From: an uncultured virus (IMG/VR IMGVR_UViG_3300029914_000006)
Taxonomy: Duplodnaviria; Heunggongvirae; Uroviricota; Caudoviricetes
Virus record (IMG/VR): IMGVR_UViG_3300029914_000006
Length of the DNA stretch: 64,000 nucleotides
Direction: 5' to 3' (one strand)
In this document: positions 1 through 9,610 of the stretch, in pieces
How positions within the stretch are numbered: position 1 is the first letter of the stretch
Layout: each line of letters opens with the position of its first letter
Made by a program: the position numbers and the translations under genes
The notes under the pieces: generated by a model
Databases searched by the model: none
What the model was told of the DNA's origin: nothing
What the model saw: the letters and a program-made list of their open reading frames with translations, nothing else

Positions 1-127
1 CTTTGCTATCCAGTAGTTTCCAGCACATTGAGGACGTGCGATTCGCTCTTGAGTTCTTTATCGAGAAAATGCAGAGATCGCGGGATGCGCACGACCACGA
101 CAAGATCAGCGATATCGATGGATTCCA
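1..127 (+). repeat. Exact 127-bp direct repeat, copy 1 (copy 2 at 37927-38053)
   Basis: CTTTGCTATCC...GATGGATTCCA is identical in both places. The first mismatch is at 128 (T) versus 38054 (C). Confidence 0.95.
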
Positions 128-389
128 TCGCGACTTCTTGACCGGCTTCAAGGAGCATTCATGGTGGGACAATCACCGCAAGGTCAACCGTCACCATCTG
201 CTCGAGGCAGACGGCGTTCCCGCCGATGTGAACCTGATCGACGTTTTGGACATGATTTCAGATTGCGTCATGGCCGGCATGGCTCGTTCTGGTTCTGTTT
301 ATCCGCTCAATATCGACCCTGAAGTTCTCGTGCGCGCATTCCAGAACACCGTAGAATTGCTCAAGAAAAACGTGGAGGTCGTCGGATAA
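3..389 (+). CDS. HD-like phosphohydrolase (DUF5662-like), 3' part of the phage A copy; 5' part lies at 37851-37926
   Basis: HDHDK...NHRKVNRHH...NLIDVLDMISD pattern. Near-identical to 37851..38348. Confidence 0.6.
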   Translation: MLSSSFQHIEDVRFALEFFIEKMQRSRDAHDHDKISDIDGFHRDFLTGFKEHSWWDNHRKVNRHHLLEADGVPADVNLIDVLDMISDCVMAGMARSGSVYPLNIDPEVLVRAFQNTVELLKKNVEVVG

Positions 390-2060
390 ATGGCGAGATT
401 TGGCCTCATCGGCTCCTCGTACCAGAGCCAGTCGACTATCGCGGACTGCCAGCGGACGATGAACTGGTACCAGGAAAACATCGAAAGCCAGATGGCGGCG
501 TCTTCGATGGCGCTCTATCCTACGCCCGGACTGGCAGCATGGGGAACAATCGACAAGCCCGTACGCGGTGAGATCGAGATTAACGGGCGCATGTTTGCCG
601 TGGGGGGCGCGAAGTTCTACGAGATGAATGCTGCAGGTTCCCCGACGATGATCGACACCGTGGGTAATAATCTTCAGCCGGTCACGATGGCGACGAATGG
701 CACGCTCGGCAATCAAGTGCTCATCTGCTCCGATGGTAAGCTATTCATCTACACGCTGGACGCAATCGGGAACATCCCCAAAGGTACGTTCACGCAGGTA
801 AGCTCTTTGCAGGGAATTCCCGCATCCGTGGTGTTTTGCCATAGTTATTTCGTGGCTTTGCTGGCCGGAACGAACAAGTTTCAGGTGTCGAACCTGCTCG
901 ATGGTTCCACGTGGAATGCGCTCGGCGTCCAGCAGAACGAGACGTTTCCAGAGAATATCGCCTCCATTGTCTCCGCATACAACTTTCTCTTTGTTCTAGG
1001 GCAGGATGGTCACTCGCAGGTCTACTACAACTCCGTAGCCAGCCAGTACACGCCGTTCAGCCCCATTTCAGGAGCCTACATGGAGGAAGGCTGCGGAGCG
1101 CCACTATCGCCTGTCGTGATGGATAACACTGTTTTCTGGCTCGGCGGACGAGATGGCATGGGCGATATTGCTTGGCGCGCGAACGGTTACACCCCAACGC
1201 GGGTATCAAATTTCGCCGTTGAGACTGCTTGGGCATCATATCCGTTGAAGGGTTCGGACGCGGTGGGATACACGTACCGCGACCAGGGCCACACGTTTTG
1301 GGTTCTGCGCTTCCCTTCGGCCAATGGAGGCGCTGGCGCTACTTGGGTTTATGACGCATCTAGCCAGCAATGGCACGAGCGCGGATTCTGGTCGCAGACT
1401 GGGCCTACCGGATACAGCGCACACCTTTCAACCTGCCATGTATTCGCGTTCGGAAAGCATCTTGTAGGGGACTGGAATTCAGGCAATATTTATTCGATGG
1501 ATATTGCCAACCTTACGGACAATGGTACCGCGATTCGCCGATGGCGGCGCTCTCCTCACATCTCCGCTGAGCGCGAGCGCGTGTTCCTCGACCGTTTGCA
1601 GATCGATTTAGAGGTAGGCTTGGGCCCAGAACCACCGCTCATTGGCCTGACGCCGCCGATGGAGCAAACTGGCGTCTCAGAGGCGGGTAAACTGGTAATT
1701 GATGACCAAAGTGGAGGTCGATATGCGCTATCGGTGGATAATTCCGATGGATCGCTCTCTGCAGCATCACTTACGCCAGCAGGGCAACAGCCTCCCTACT
1801 ATCGCGGTCCGCAGTTGTCGGTTAGCATCTCCCGCGACGGGTCAAAGACGTTCGGACCGGAGCACTTGTTGGACTGTGGACAGGATGGTGAAACTAGGAA
1901 ACGAGTCATCCTGCGGCGGCTTGGTCAGGCGCGAGACTTCGTATTCGACATTGTAGCCACGGACCCAGTACCTTGGCGCATAATCGACGGTTATATTGAA
2001 GGAACAGGCTTCCAGCAGCCAATGCAGCGGCTACAGAAGCAGATGGCACAGGTGCAATGA
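390..2060 (+). CDS. Packaged-DNA stabilisation / tail hub protein (P22 gp10-like)
   Basis: 556 aa with N-terminal QRTMNWY..LYPTPGL, TWVYDASSQQWHER and C-terminal ISRDGSKTF..LRRLGQARDFVF motifs. Lies after the connector gene on the circle. Confidence 0.8.
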   Translation: MARFGLIGSSYQSQSTIADCQRTMNWYQENIESQMAASSMALYPTPGLAAWGTIDKPVRGEIEINGRMFAVGGAKFYEMNAAGSPTMIDTVGNNLQPVTMATNGTLGNQVLICSDGKLFIYTLDAIGNIPKGTFTQVSSLQGIPASVVFCHSYFVALLAGTNKFQVSNLLDGSTWNALGVQQNETFPENIASIVSAYNFLFVLGQDGHSQVYYNSVASQYTPFSPISGAYMEEGCGAPLSPVVMDNTVFWLGGRDGMGDIAWRANGYTPTRVSNFAVETAWASYPLKGSDAVGYTYRDQGHTFWVLRFPSANGGAGATWVYDASSQQWHERGFWSQTGPTGYSAHLSTCHVFAFGKHLVGDWNSGNIYSMDIANLTDNGTAIRRWRRSPHISAERERVFLDRLQIDLEVGLGPEPPLIGLTPPMEQTGVSEAGKLVIDDQSGGRYALSVDNSDGSLSAASLTPAGQQPPYYRGPQLSVSISRDGSKTFGPEHLLDCGQDGETRKRVILRRLGQARDFVFDIVATDPVPWRIIDGYIEGTGFQQPMQRLQKQMAQVQ

Positions 2061-2251
2061 TGGCTCAGACGATCAATGTTCCCTCCCCGGTATCCGCAGC
2101 GGTTCCGTTCGTTCACTCGCAGGCGAGTCAGATTCCTTCCCCTCCTAGCGGGCTCACTGAGTTCGGATACAAACACCTTTCAGACACTCAGACGGCGATT
2201 GCGGCCCTTGTCGCACAGGTTGCCGCACTAAACGCAAAGGCAGGACTATGA
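2057..2251 (+). CDS. Small virion protein, hypothetical
   Basis: Translationally coupled to both neighbours; C-terminal coiled coil. Confidence 0.6.
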   Translation: MMAQTINVPSPVSAAVPFVHSQASQIPSPPSGLTEFGYKHLSDTQTAIAALVAQVAALNAKAGL

Positions 2252-4386
2252 AAAACCGTATTATCACATTTCTCGGAACGCTGGCACTATTCCTGAGCTC
2301 TGTCCCTGCTGTATCTCAGAATCCTGTGGTGCCTTTCCGGTCGCCGCGCGCCACGTTCACCACTCAGACAGGCCAGCCACTCTCGGGCGGATGCATCTAC
2401 ACCTACCAAGGCGGCACAACCACTCAGCAGGCGACCTACACCGATTACACAGGCGGCACAGCCAACACGAACCCCGTCATTCTCGATACTACCGGCAGCG
2501 CTGTGATGTGGCTTGGCGCGAACTCCTACAAGTTTGTCGCCTACAGCGCTGGTGGGTATCACTGCTCATCGGGAAGCCTCCAGTGGACGGTTGATCAGAT
2601 TCCCGGCGATGCGTTCCTGAACGGGACCATAAGCGGCGCGACAATCACCAACCCTACAATCACCGGCGGCACGGATTCAGGCACAACAATTTCCAGTGCG
2701 GTAATTACAGGATCGAGCATCAATAGTTCTGCAATCGGCTCCTCTGTGCCAGCATCAGGGTCGTTTACCAGCGTAGCCTCAGCGCTCCAGGCCGTGACCT
2801 TTAGTTCGACTCCCGTCTTTGCTGCTAGCAGTTACGGTTATTTCACTATGACGCTGAGCGGAAATGTCGCATCCAGCACAATCACCGGAGCAACTACGGG
2901 CCAGACGATAGCTTTTCAGATTTGCCAGAACGGGACCGGTCAGGTGGTTAACAGCCAAACTACCGGATTTACGTTTGCGTGGCCTTCTACGTACCCGAAT
3001 GCACCCACGATAAACTCTGCGCTGAATGCTTGCACTGTGGTGACTGCTTTCTATAATGGCTCCAACTGGGTCACGATCTCGCAGAGCCAGCAGGTGATTC
3101 TTGGCAATCTCGATACTCTAACGTTCACGTCTACGCCGATATTTCCAGCAACAAACTACTCGAATTTCCTGCTCACGCTCACAGGGAACGCGACAAGTAG
3201 CACAATTGCAGGCGGAACCATTGGACAGGTTTCCACCTTCGACATATGCGAAGACTCGACCGGGGGGCGAACCTTCGTGTGGCCTTCGAATGTCCTAAAT
3301 TCTCCCCAGTTTGTGACTAACGCGGGAGTGTGCAACTCGCTGATTACGGTTTACAACGGAACAAACTGGAACACGGTTGCAAGCTCCTCGACAAGCTCTA
3401 CTCCGCTGACCGGGAACCTGGATATCATCGGTTTCACTTCTGCCCCGTCATTTAACGCGGCGAGCTACAGCGCTTTCCAGATGACACTAGGGGGTAATGT
3501 CACTTCCAGCTCGATCATCGGCGGATCAACTGGACAGTTGATTTCCATCGCACTGATACAGGGGTCGTCTACAACTACGGCTCCAGCGAGCGCTCCGACA
3601 GTCACAACCTCTACCACTGGAGGCAGTCTCCCGGCTACGACAACCTATTACGCAAAATGCAGTTATCTGTTCGGGGTGACAGAGAGCCTGCCGAGCGCGG
3701 AGGCGTATCAGGCGACAGGCTCAGGGTCTACGAACTCAATCACTTGGACCTGCCCAGCGTATGCGGGCGTGACGCAGTACAAGTTCTATCTGGGGGCGGG
3801 GACGGGTGCAGAAGCCTATTATTATCTGACAACCAGCACTTCATTTGTGCAGCAAAATATACCCAGCAGTTACACTCCGGGCTCGCCGTACGGATCAAGC
3901 ATATACACCGTAGCGTGGCCTTCCAACCTGATAAACCCGCCACTGATGGCTACTGGTGTAGGCGCTACGACCGCTCTTACTGCCGTGTACAACGGTTCAT
4001 ATTGGGTAACGGTAGGATCAAGTGGTGCAGGTAGCAGCAATAGCGGCCCGGTGTGCGTGGGCGGTAATTGCTATCGGCAGAACCCTGATGGAAGCTATGA
4101 CGAGTGGGGATCAACTCCCACGTTTGGAGGGCAGAATGGCGGTAGCTTCAGCATGGCTTTCCCTCATGCATTCACCACGCTTTCGAGTATTCAGGTAGTT
4201 TTTAGTCCGAACGGATGCGATGGCGGCAATGCGGCTACCTGCGCCGCGAATCCAAGCGGCAGCCCGAACAACGTGTACACGTGTGGAATTCTTACTCCAA
4301 GCGTAAGCGCGCCTACCGGCTTCTATTCGTCCTCGAATACGGTAACCGCCGGAGCGTCATGTTCCTGGATGGCGAAGGGGTATTGA
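2248..4386 (+). CDS. Tail fibre-like protein with N-terminal signal peptide
   Basis: Virion-attachment-type segment GQPLSGGCIYTYQGGTTT..NTNPVILD, three internal beta repeats (TF.STP.F.A..Y..F..TL.GN..SSTI.G), and a C-terminal fibre-tip-like YRQNPDG..DEWG..FPHAF. Confidence 0.75.
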   Translation: MKNRIITFLGTLALFLSSVPAVSQNPVVPFRSPRATFTTQTGQPLSGGCIYTYQGGTTTQQATYTDYTGGTANTNPVILDTTGSAVMWLGANSYKFVAYSAGGYHCSSGSLQWTVDQIPGDAFLNGTISGATITNPTITGGTDSGTTISSAVITGSSINSSAIGSSVPASGSFTSVASALQAVTFSSTPVFAASSYGYFTMTLSGNVASSTITGATTGQTIAFQICQNGTGQVVNSQTTGFTFAWPSTYPNAPTINSALNACTVVTAFYNGSNWVTISQSQQVILGNLDTLTFTSTPIFPATNYSNFLLTLTGNATSSTIAGGTIGQVSTFDICEDSTGGRTFVWPSNVLNSPQFVTNAGVCNSLITVYNGTNWNTVASSSTSSTPLTGNLDIIGFTSAPSFNAASYSAFQMTLGGNVTSSSIIGGSTGQLISIALIQGSSTTTAPASAPTVTTSTTGGSLPATTTYYAKCSYLFGVTESLPSAEAYQATGSGSTNSITWTCPAYAGVTQYKFYLGAGTGAEAYYYLTTSTSFVQQNIPSSYTPGSPYGSSIYTVAWPSNLINPPLMATGVGATTALTAVYNGSYWVTVGSSGAGSSNSGPVCVGGNCYRQNPDGSYDEWGSTPTFGGQNGGSFSMAFPHAFTTLSSIQVVFSPNGCDGGNAATCAANPSGSPNNVYTCGILTPSVSAPTGFYSSSNTVTAGASCSWMAKGY

Positions 4387-4841
4387 TGGCCGATATCCGC
4401 AAGGTAAGCTACGCGGACATTCTCGGAGCTCCGAACGCAAAGGAGCTATTTGCCGAGTACGAGTCCGAGTGCGCGAACCCTGAGCTAGCTCCAATCAATC
4501 CACAGGCCGATCTTTACGCTTTAATGGAGGCATCGGGAGGCTTGCAAGCGTTTGGGGTTTACGAGGGAGACGCGCTAATCGGATTCCTTACTGTGCTGGT
4601 TTGGACGATTCCGCACTACGGTAAAAATATCGGTTCCAATGCTGATATTTTCCTCGCACCGGGGCATAGGATGAGCGGAACAGGCGCAAGAATGATAGAT
4701 CTCGCAGAGGAATACGCGAAAAGCAAGGGAGGCGCCTGCTTTCAATGGACCGTCCCCGCGGGAAGCCGGTTTGCGAGGTTGCTGGCTCTCAACGCGGGAC
4801 GGTACCGCCGCTCCAATTCTGTCTACCTGAGGACGTTATGA
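4386..4841 (+). CDS. GNAT-family acetyltransferase
   Basis: DIFLAPGHRMSGTGARMIDLAEEYAKSKG acetyl-CoA binding motif. ATG overlaps the upstream TGA. Confidence 0.8.
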   Translation: MADIRKVSYADILGAPNAKELFAEYESECANPELAPINPQADLYALMEASGGLQAFGVYEGDALIGFLTVLVWTIPHYGKNIGSNADIFLAPGHRMSGTGARMIDLAEEYAKSKGGACFQWTVPAGSRFARLLALNAGRYRRSNSVYLRTL

Positions 4842-5266
4842 GTCTCGCTCTGATCGACAAAACGCTGCCGCCTACAACTCCAGAAATTATGGAGAAAATT
4901 GCGCTGGTGGAGGCGAGAATAAGGCCACACGAGAATACGCTCCAGGTGAAGATGGAGCATTCTCTCCATGCGGGAATGTATGCCCGTACCTGCCGTCTGG
5001 CCGCGTATCAGGTCATCACCAGCGTTCTCATCAAGATCCCCACGTTGCTTATCGTCAACGGGGATTGCATCGTTCTGGCGGGCGAAGAATGGAAAGAGCT
5101 GAAGGGATACAATGTTCTCAACGCTCCCTCCGGACGCAAACAGATTTATGTGACACGTGCGGAAACGGAAATTACGATGATTTTCCCGAGCAACGCGAAA
5201 ATGGTTGAAGAAGCAGAGGACGAATTCAGCGACGAATCCGCCAATTTGCTCAGTAGGAGGTCGTAA
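4838..5266 (+). CDS. Conserved phage protein (cupin-like) preceding the ejection genes
   Basis: HSLHAGMYARTC..SGRKQ motif typical of the gene next to the GNAT in P22-like phages. Confidence 0.6.
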   Translation: MSLALIDKTLPPTTPEIMEKIALVEARIRPHENTLQVKMEHSLHAGMYARTCRLAAYQVITSVLIKIPTLLIVNGDCIVLAGEEWKELKGYNVLNAPSGRKQIYVTRAETEITMIFPSNAKMVEEAEDEFSDESANLLSRRS

Positions 5267-6291
5267 TGTCGGGTGTGGCTACTGGTACGGCGCTAATGAT
5301 CGGCGGGGGACTTGCGGCGGGCGGCAGTGTCGCCAGCGGCCTCATTGGAGCAAATGCTGCGGAGAATGCGGCGTCCACCCAAGCAACAGCAGCCGAGAAG
5401 AATGCGCAGATGCAGGGGTCTCTCGGCCAGGAAGGTCTTACCCTCGAAAACCAGCAGAACCAGCAGAACCAGGCCAATCTCCAGCCTTATTTGCAGACCG
5501 GCGACAATGCGAACGCGACCCTGCAATATCTGATGGGCATGGGTGGCGAGAATCCAGGCGGCGGGGGTGCAACGACAGGTGCAGGACAAACGCTCTCGAT
5601 CCCCGGAATCTCTGGATCTGTAGCCGTTCCCGGCGTCACTACCACAACCGGAACAGCAGCGACGAATCTGGGATCGTATGGCGAGCTGATGAAGGGATAC
5701 GGGGGAGGCGCTTTTCAAGCTCCCACTGCGGATCAGGCCCGGCAGACTCCCGGATATCAATTCGGCTTACAGCAGGGAGAGGGCGCGCAGCAAGCCAGCG
5801 CGGCGGCGAATGGAACACTTCTCACTGGGGGGACGCAGGCGGCGCTCAACCAATACGGCCAGAACTATGCGGACACGAATTACAACAACGTCTACAACCA
5901 GGCTCTCCAGACCTACGGCACGAATTACAACAATTGGGCGAATCAACAAACCAGCGAATACAACAAGCTGGCGGGTATGGCTGGCATGGGTCAGACAGCG
6001 GCGAACACCATGAACAGCAACGGCTTGCAGTCTACCGGGCAGATGGAAAACACGCTCACCAATACCGGGCAGCAGGTCGGCCAGCAGAACACCAATGCCG
6101 CGGCTGCGACCGCTTCCGGTTACGTTGGGGCCGGAAATGCATACGGCGGCATGGCCAGCGGGGTGGGCAATAGCTTAAGTCAGATGATGATGCTCAAATC
6201 GCTATACGGTGCATCGGGAACAAGCGGCAGCGGAAGCAGCGGTACGCAGTCAGATATTAACAACATGTTCAACTTGGATTACATGGGGTAG
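5266..6291 (+). CDS. DNA ejection / pilot protein (gp7-like)
   Basis: Gly/Ala/Gln-rich, hydrophobic N-terminus, QPYLQTG and TPGYQFGLQQG..SAAANG.L.GGT motifs. Confidence 0.75.
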   Translation: MSGVATGTALMIGGGLAAGGSVASGLIGANAAENAASTQATAAEKNAQMQGSLGQEGLTLENQQNQQNQANLQPYLQTGDNANATLQYLMGMGGENPGGGGATTGAGQTLSIPGISGSVAVPGVTTTTGTAATNLGSYGELMKGYGGGAFQAPTADQARQTPGYQFGLQQGEGAQQASAAANGTLLTGGTQAALNQYGQNYADTNYNNVYNQALQTYGTNYNNWANQQTSEYNKLAGMAGMGQTAANTMNSNGLQSTGQMENTLTNTGQQVGQQNTNAAAATASGYVGAGNAYGGMASGVGNSLSQMMMLKSLYGASGTSGSGSSGTQSDINNMFNLDYMG

Positions 6292-6294
6292 ACG

Positions 6295-7911
6295 ATGGGC
6301 AGCATTCCGCTTTTAGCTCTTGACGTTCGACAACCCGAGCAGCCTCCAAACCTGATTAGCCAGTACGGGCAGCTTATGGCAATCAAGGGGCAGCAGGCGC
6401 AACAGGCACAACAGCAGGCCATGGCCCCGCTCCAGCAGCAGCAAGCCCAGCAGCAAGTGCAGAGCGGCGCAATGGAGCTACAGCAGCGCCAGCAGGACCT
6501 AAAGGACCAGCAGGGAATTTCCAACTGGTTCATGCATATCGACCCGAAAGACCCGGACGCCTTCAACCCCACTACGGTTGGGAAAACCCTCGCCTCACAG
6601 GGGGTTTCCGGCAAGGGGATCATGGCGGCGCAGGGTCAGCTTTTGCAGCACCAGCAGACAGCCGCAACGCTGACCAAGGACCAACTCGCAAACCAGCAGC
6701 AGATGAACGATAGCCTCTACAGCGGAATCAATGGGATTATCGGCGTCACAGACCCTCAGCAGCGGGCGCAGGCTATCACCGCGCTTCTTCCGCAAGCGGT
6801 CCAGTCGAAAGCCTTACAGCCACAGCAAGCCCAGCAACTCGCGCAGAATCCCGCAGCGGTCACGGATGACCAGCTCAAGGCGCTCCAGCACGGGCTCGGC
6901 ATCAGTTCAGCATTTCTTGGGTCGGTTGCGCGGATGCAGACGGCGCAGACCGGCGCGCAGACGGCCGCAATCAAGGCCCCCGGCGAACAGGCCGCATCGG
7001 ATTCGCTGGTGCTCAGGAATGCGGCGCAACAGCTTGCGGCGTCTCCAGACCAGGCGACCTACCAGGCCGCGCTCGGCGAACTGCCGATGAAGATTGCGAA
7101 GAACTTCCCCGCGCAGTTCGACAAAAACGCGGTACTTCAGGCTGGGATGCCTCCAGATGAACAGATGAAGTATGATCCCGCAACTCAAGCTAACCTGGCC
7201 GCTGTAAAGGCGGGAGCGGAAGCGAAGGCGAGACAGCCGTTTGAAATGGCTCTTGCACGGCAAAGACAGGCGCTCTCCCAGGGCGATCCAAACGCGGCGG
7301 CGCAGCTTTTGCTCGACGGCGATGCGACCTTATCAGAATTGAAGGCGCGCGGATCGACACCTCAGTTTATCGCGCAGACATTGCAGGCTGCGCACCAAAT
7401 GAGCGGTGGAAAATACAACGCTCAGAGCGCAGAATCTCAATTCAGTGTCGCTAAGTCGCCTCAACAGGTGCAATTCTTTGGATCAGCAAAGTCCCTTACT
7501 GACCCAGGCGGAACGCTCGACCAGTTGGCAGAATCTGCGAAAAAGATTCCGCAAAACCAAATTCCCAAATTCAATTCAATTGAGGATTGGGCGAGGGAAG
7601 CAGCCGGAAGCGGTCCTCTCGCCGAATACGCTTCGCGCGTTCTTGGGGTTGCCGATGATTATTCAAAGGTGATGGGCGGGGGTGTCGGTAGCGATCAATC
7701 TAGGCTGCAGGCTGCAAATCTCGTATCGGCAAAGCTCAGCAAAGAGGGAAGAGAAGGGGCGCTCAACGGAATCCGTGGATCTGTAAATTCGCAAATCAAG
7801 TCCCGCATTGGCAATAACGCTATCCTCCAGAGAATGTACGGGGATGCTGGATCGGGTTCGCCCACATCTGGAAATGACCCGTTTGCGCAGTTCGGCGGAA
7901 AGGCTCACTAA
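6295..7911 (+). CDS. Ejection protein (gp20 position)
   Basis: 538 aa Gln/Ala-rich helical protein, second gene of the ejection cluster. Confidence 0.55.
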   Translation: MGSIPLLALDVRQPEQPPNLISQYGQLMAIKGQQAQQAQQQAMAPLQQQQAQQQVQSGAMELQQRQQDLKDQQGISNWFMHIDPKDPDAFNPTTVGKTLASQGVSGKGIMAAQGQLLQHQQTAATLTKDQLANQQQMNDSLYSGINGIIGVTDPQQRAQAITALLPQAVQSKALQPQQAQQLAQNPAAVTDDQLKALQHGLGISSAFLGSVARMQTAQTGAQTAAIKAPGEQAASDSLVLRNAAQQLAASPDQATYQAALGELPMKIAKNFPAQFDKNAVLQAGMPPDEQMKYDPATQANLAAVKAGAEAKARQPFEMALARQRQALSQGDPNAAAQLLLDGDATLSELKARGSTPQFIAQTLQAAHQMSGGKYNAQSAESQFSVAKSPQQVQFFGSAKSLTDPGGTLDQLAESAKKIPQNQIPKFNSIEDWAREAAGSGPLAEYASRVLGVADDYSKVMGGGVGSDQSRLQAANLVSAKLSKEGREGALNGIRGSVNSQIKSRIGNNAILQRMYGDAGSGSPTSGNDPFAQFGGKAH

Positions 7912-9566
7912 TGGCAACCGCTCCCCAGGTTTACACCGGAATCACAGCGAGTCCGAGGGTCACTATTGACCCCTCACGCGAAGGCGTTTCTTCGCCTCCT
8001 GATGGAGGCAACGTATCCAACGTCAACAACCCGCCATCGGAAGCAGGCGCGGCCACCATCACGATGCTATCGCCGGATGGACGAACCGGGGATATCCCGA
8101 TTTCAAACATGCAGGCGGCTAAACAGGCAGGATTCAAAGTCGCTGTGCAAATGAAATCTCCCGAGGGCGTGAATGGATATGTTCCCGCCGAAAATGTCCA
8201 TGATGCAGCCGCGAAGGGCTTCAAGATGGTTCCGATCGAAGTCCCAGATGCGGCAAAGGTGAGCTACTGGGATGCGCTCACAAACCCAGTAGGGTCAGGC
8301 GGCGCGCAGCAGGGTATTATAGGCGGCGTACAGCAAATTGGCGGTCAGGCTATCAAAGCACTAGCGCAGCCCGTCCTACACCCCATCGACACCGCTGAGG
8401 GGATCTATAACACCGTGCGCCATCCCATTCAGACTGCTCAGGGAATTGGCCAGCAAGTGCAAGCTGATTACCAACAGGGCGGTGTTCCTCTCGCGGCTGA
8501 GAATCTTGCCGGCCAGGCGATTGGCGCTTATGAGGGCGGTAGACTAGCCGCACCGGTAGCCAATGCTGCCCTGAATGCGGTCCCCTCTGGATTGGGGCGC
8601 GCTGTTCTACTCGGCAAGAATCCAGAAGCGGCCTATGAGAGTGCAATGAAGCCGGGAACCACTATCAGCCAAGCGGATCGCGCGGCAATGGTGCGGACTG
8701 GGCTCCAGAATGCCATTCCGGTATCTAAGGCGGGAGTGGAAAAACTTGGCAACTTGATCGACGACCTAAATAGCGAAATCAAGGGAACCATCGCGCAAGA
8801 TCCAACACGGCCAATTGATCCGAATGCGGTAGCGACACGCATCCAGCCCACGCTCGACAGATTCGGTAATCAAGTTGTCGCACAGCCGGACTTGAACGCT
8901 ATCGAAGCGACACGACAGCAGTTCCTTGCGGAGCGCGGTGCCCGGCCTGGAACGCCTGGAACAGGTCCACGGCCTACGGGGCTGCTCGATGCCCAGGGGC
9001 GCCCTATCATGTCACAGGGAATTCCAGCAAAGCCTCCCCAGCCAGCGCCTCCGATGAACGCTGCAGATGCGCAGGCGATGAAGCAGGGAACCTATGGGGT
9101 TCTCAAGGGTAAGTATGGAGAGCAGGGAAGCGCAACGGTCGAGGCTCAAAAGGCTTTGGCGCGTGGTCTGAAAGAGGAGATTGCAACGCAATTTCCAGAA
9201 ATCAGCAACCTTAACGCAGCCGAGGGCAAACTGTTGGACTTGCAGCCAGTTCTTGAGCGCGCAGTGAATCGTATCTCGAATCATCAGGTTATCGGGATCG
9301 GAACGCCGGTAGCTGGGGCTGCAGCGACAGCGGTTACCGGAAGCACTACGCTCGGAAAAGTGGCAATGGTCGCAAAGGCTGTGCTAGACAACCCCAACAT
9401 CAAATCTCGGTTAGCTATTGCGGTGAGCAAGGGCGGCAAGATTCCTTACGCTCAAGCTCTCGCTCGCGTTCAATCCTATGCAACATCTCTTGGATCAATA
9501 TCTTCCGTTGGGCAGGAGAATTACCCCGGCGACAATCCCAATCAACCAATACCTGCCCAACAATAA
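7911..9566 (+). CDS. Ejection protein (gp16 position)
   Basis: 551 aa Ala/Gly-rich protein, third gene of the cluster, translationally coupled. Confidence 0.5.
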   Translation: MATAPQVYTGITASPRVTIDPSREGVSSPPDGGNVSNVNNPPSEAGAATITMLSPDGRTGDIPISNMQAAKQAGFKVAVQMKSPEGVNGYVPAENVHDAAAKGFKMVPIEVPDAAKVSYWDALTNPVGSGGAQQGIIGGVQQIGGQAIKALAQPVLHPIDTAEGIYNTVRHPIQTAQGIGQQVQADYQQGGVPLAAENLAGQAIGAYEGGRLAAPVANAALNAVPSGLGRAVLLGKNPEAAYESAMKPGTTISQADRAAMVRTGLQNAIPVSKAGVEKLGNLIDDLNSEIKGTIAQDPTRPIDPNAVATRIQPTLDRFGNQVVAQPDLNAIEATRQQFLAERGARPGTPGTGPRPTGLLDAQGRPIMSQGIPAKPPQPAPPMNAADAQAMKQGTYGVLKGKYGEQGSATVEAQKALARGLKEEIATQFPEISNLNAAEGKLLDLQPVLERAVNRISNHQVIGIGTPVAGAAATAVTGSTTLGKVAMVAKAVLDNPNIKSRLAIAVSKGGKIPYAQALARVQSYATSLGSISSVGQENYPGDNPNQPIPAQQ

Positions 9567-9610
9567 CGGCGAGGTAAGCAAAGGCTAATCCAATGACAAG
9601 ACTCTCAAGC

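Noticed and set aside
1..127. att site or physical terminal repeat
   Set aside because: It lies in the middle of a gene, no integrase is evident, and its length equals a common assembly k-mer.
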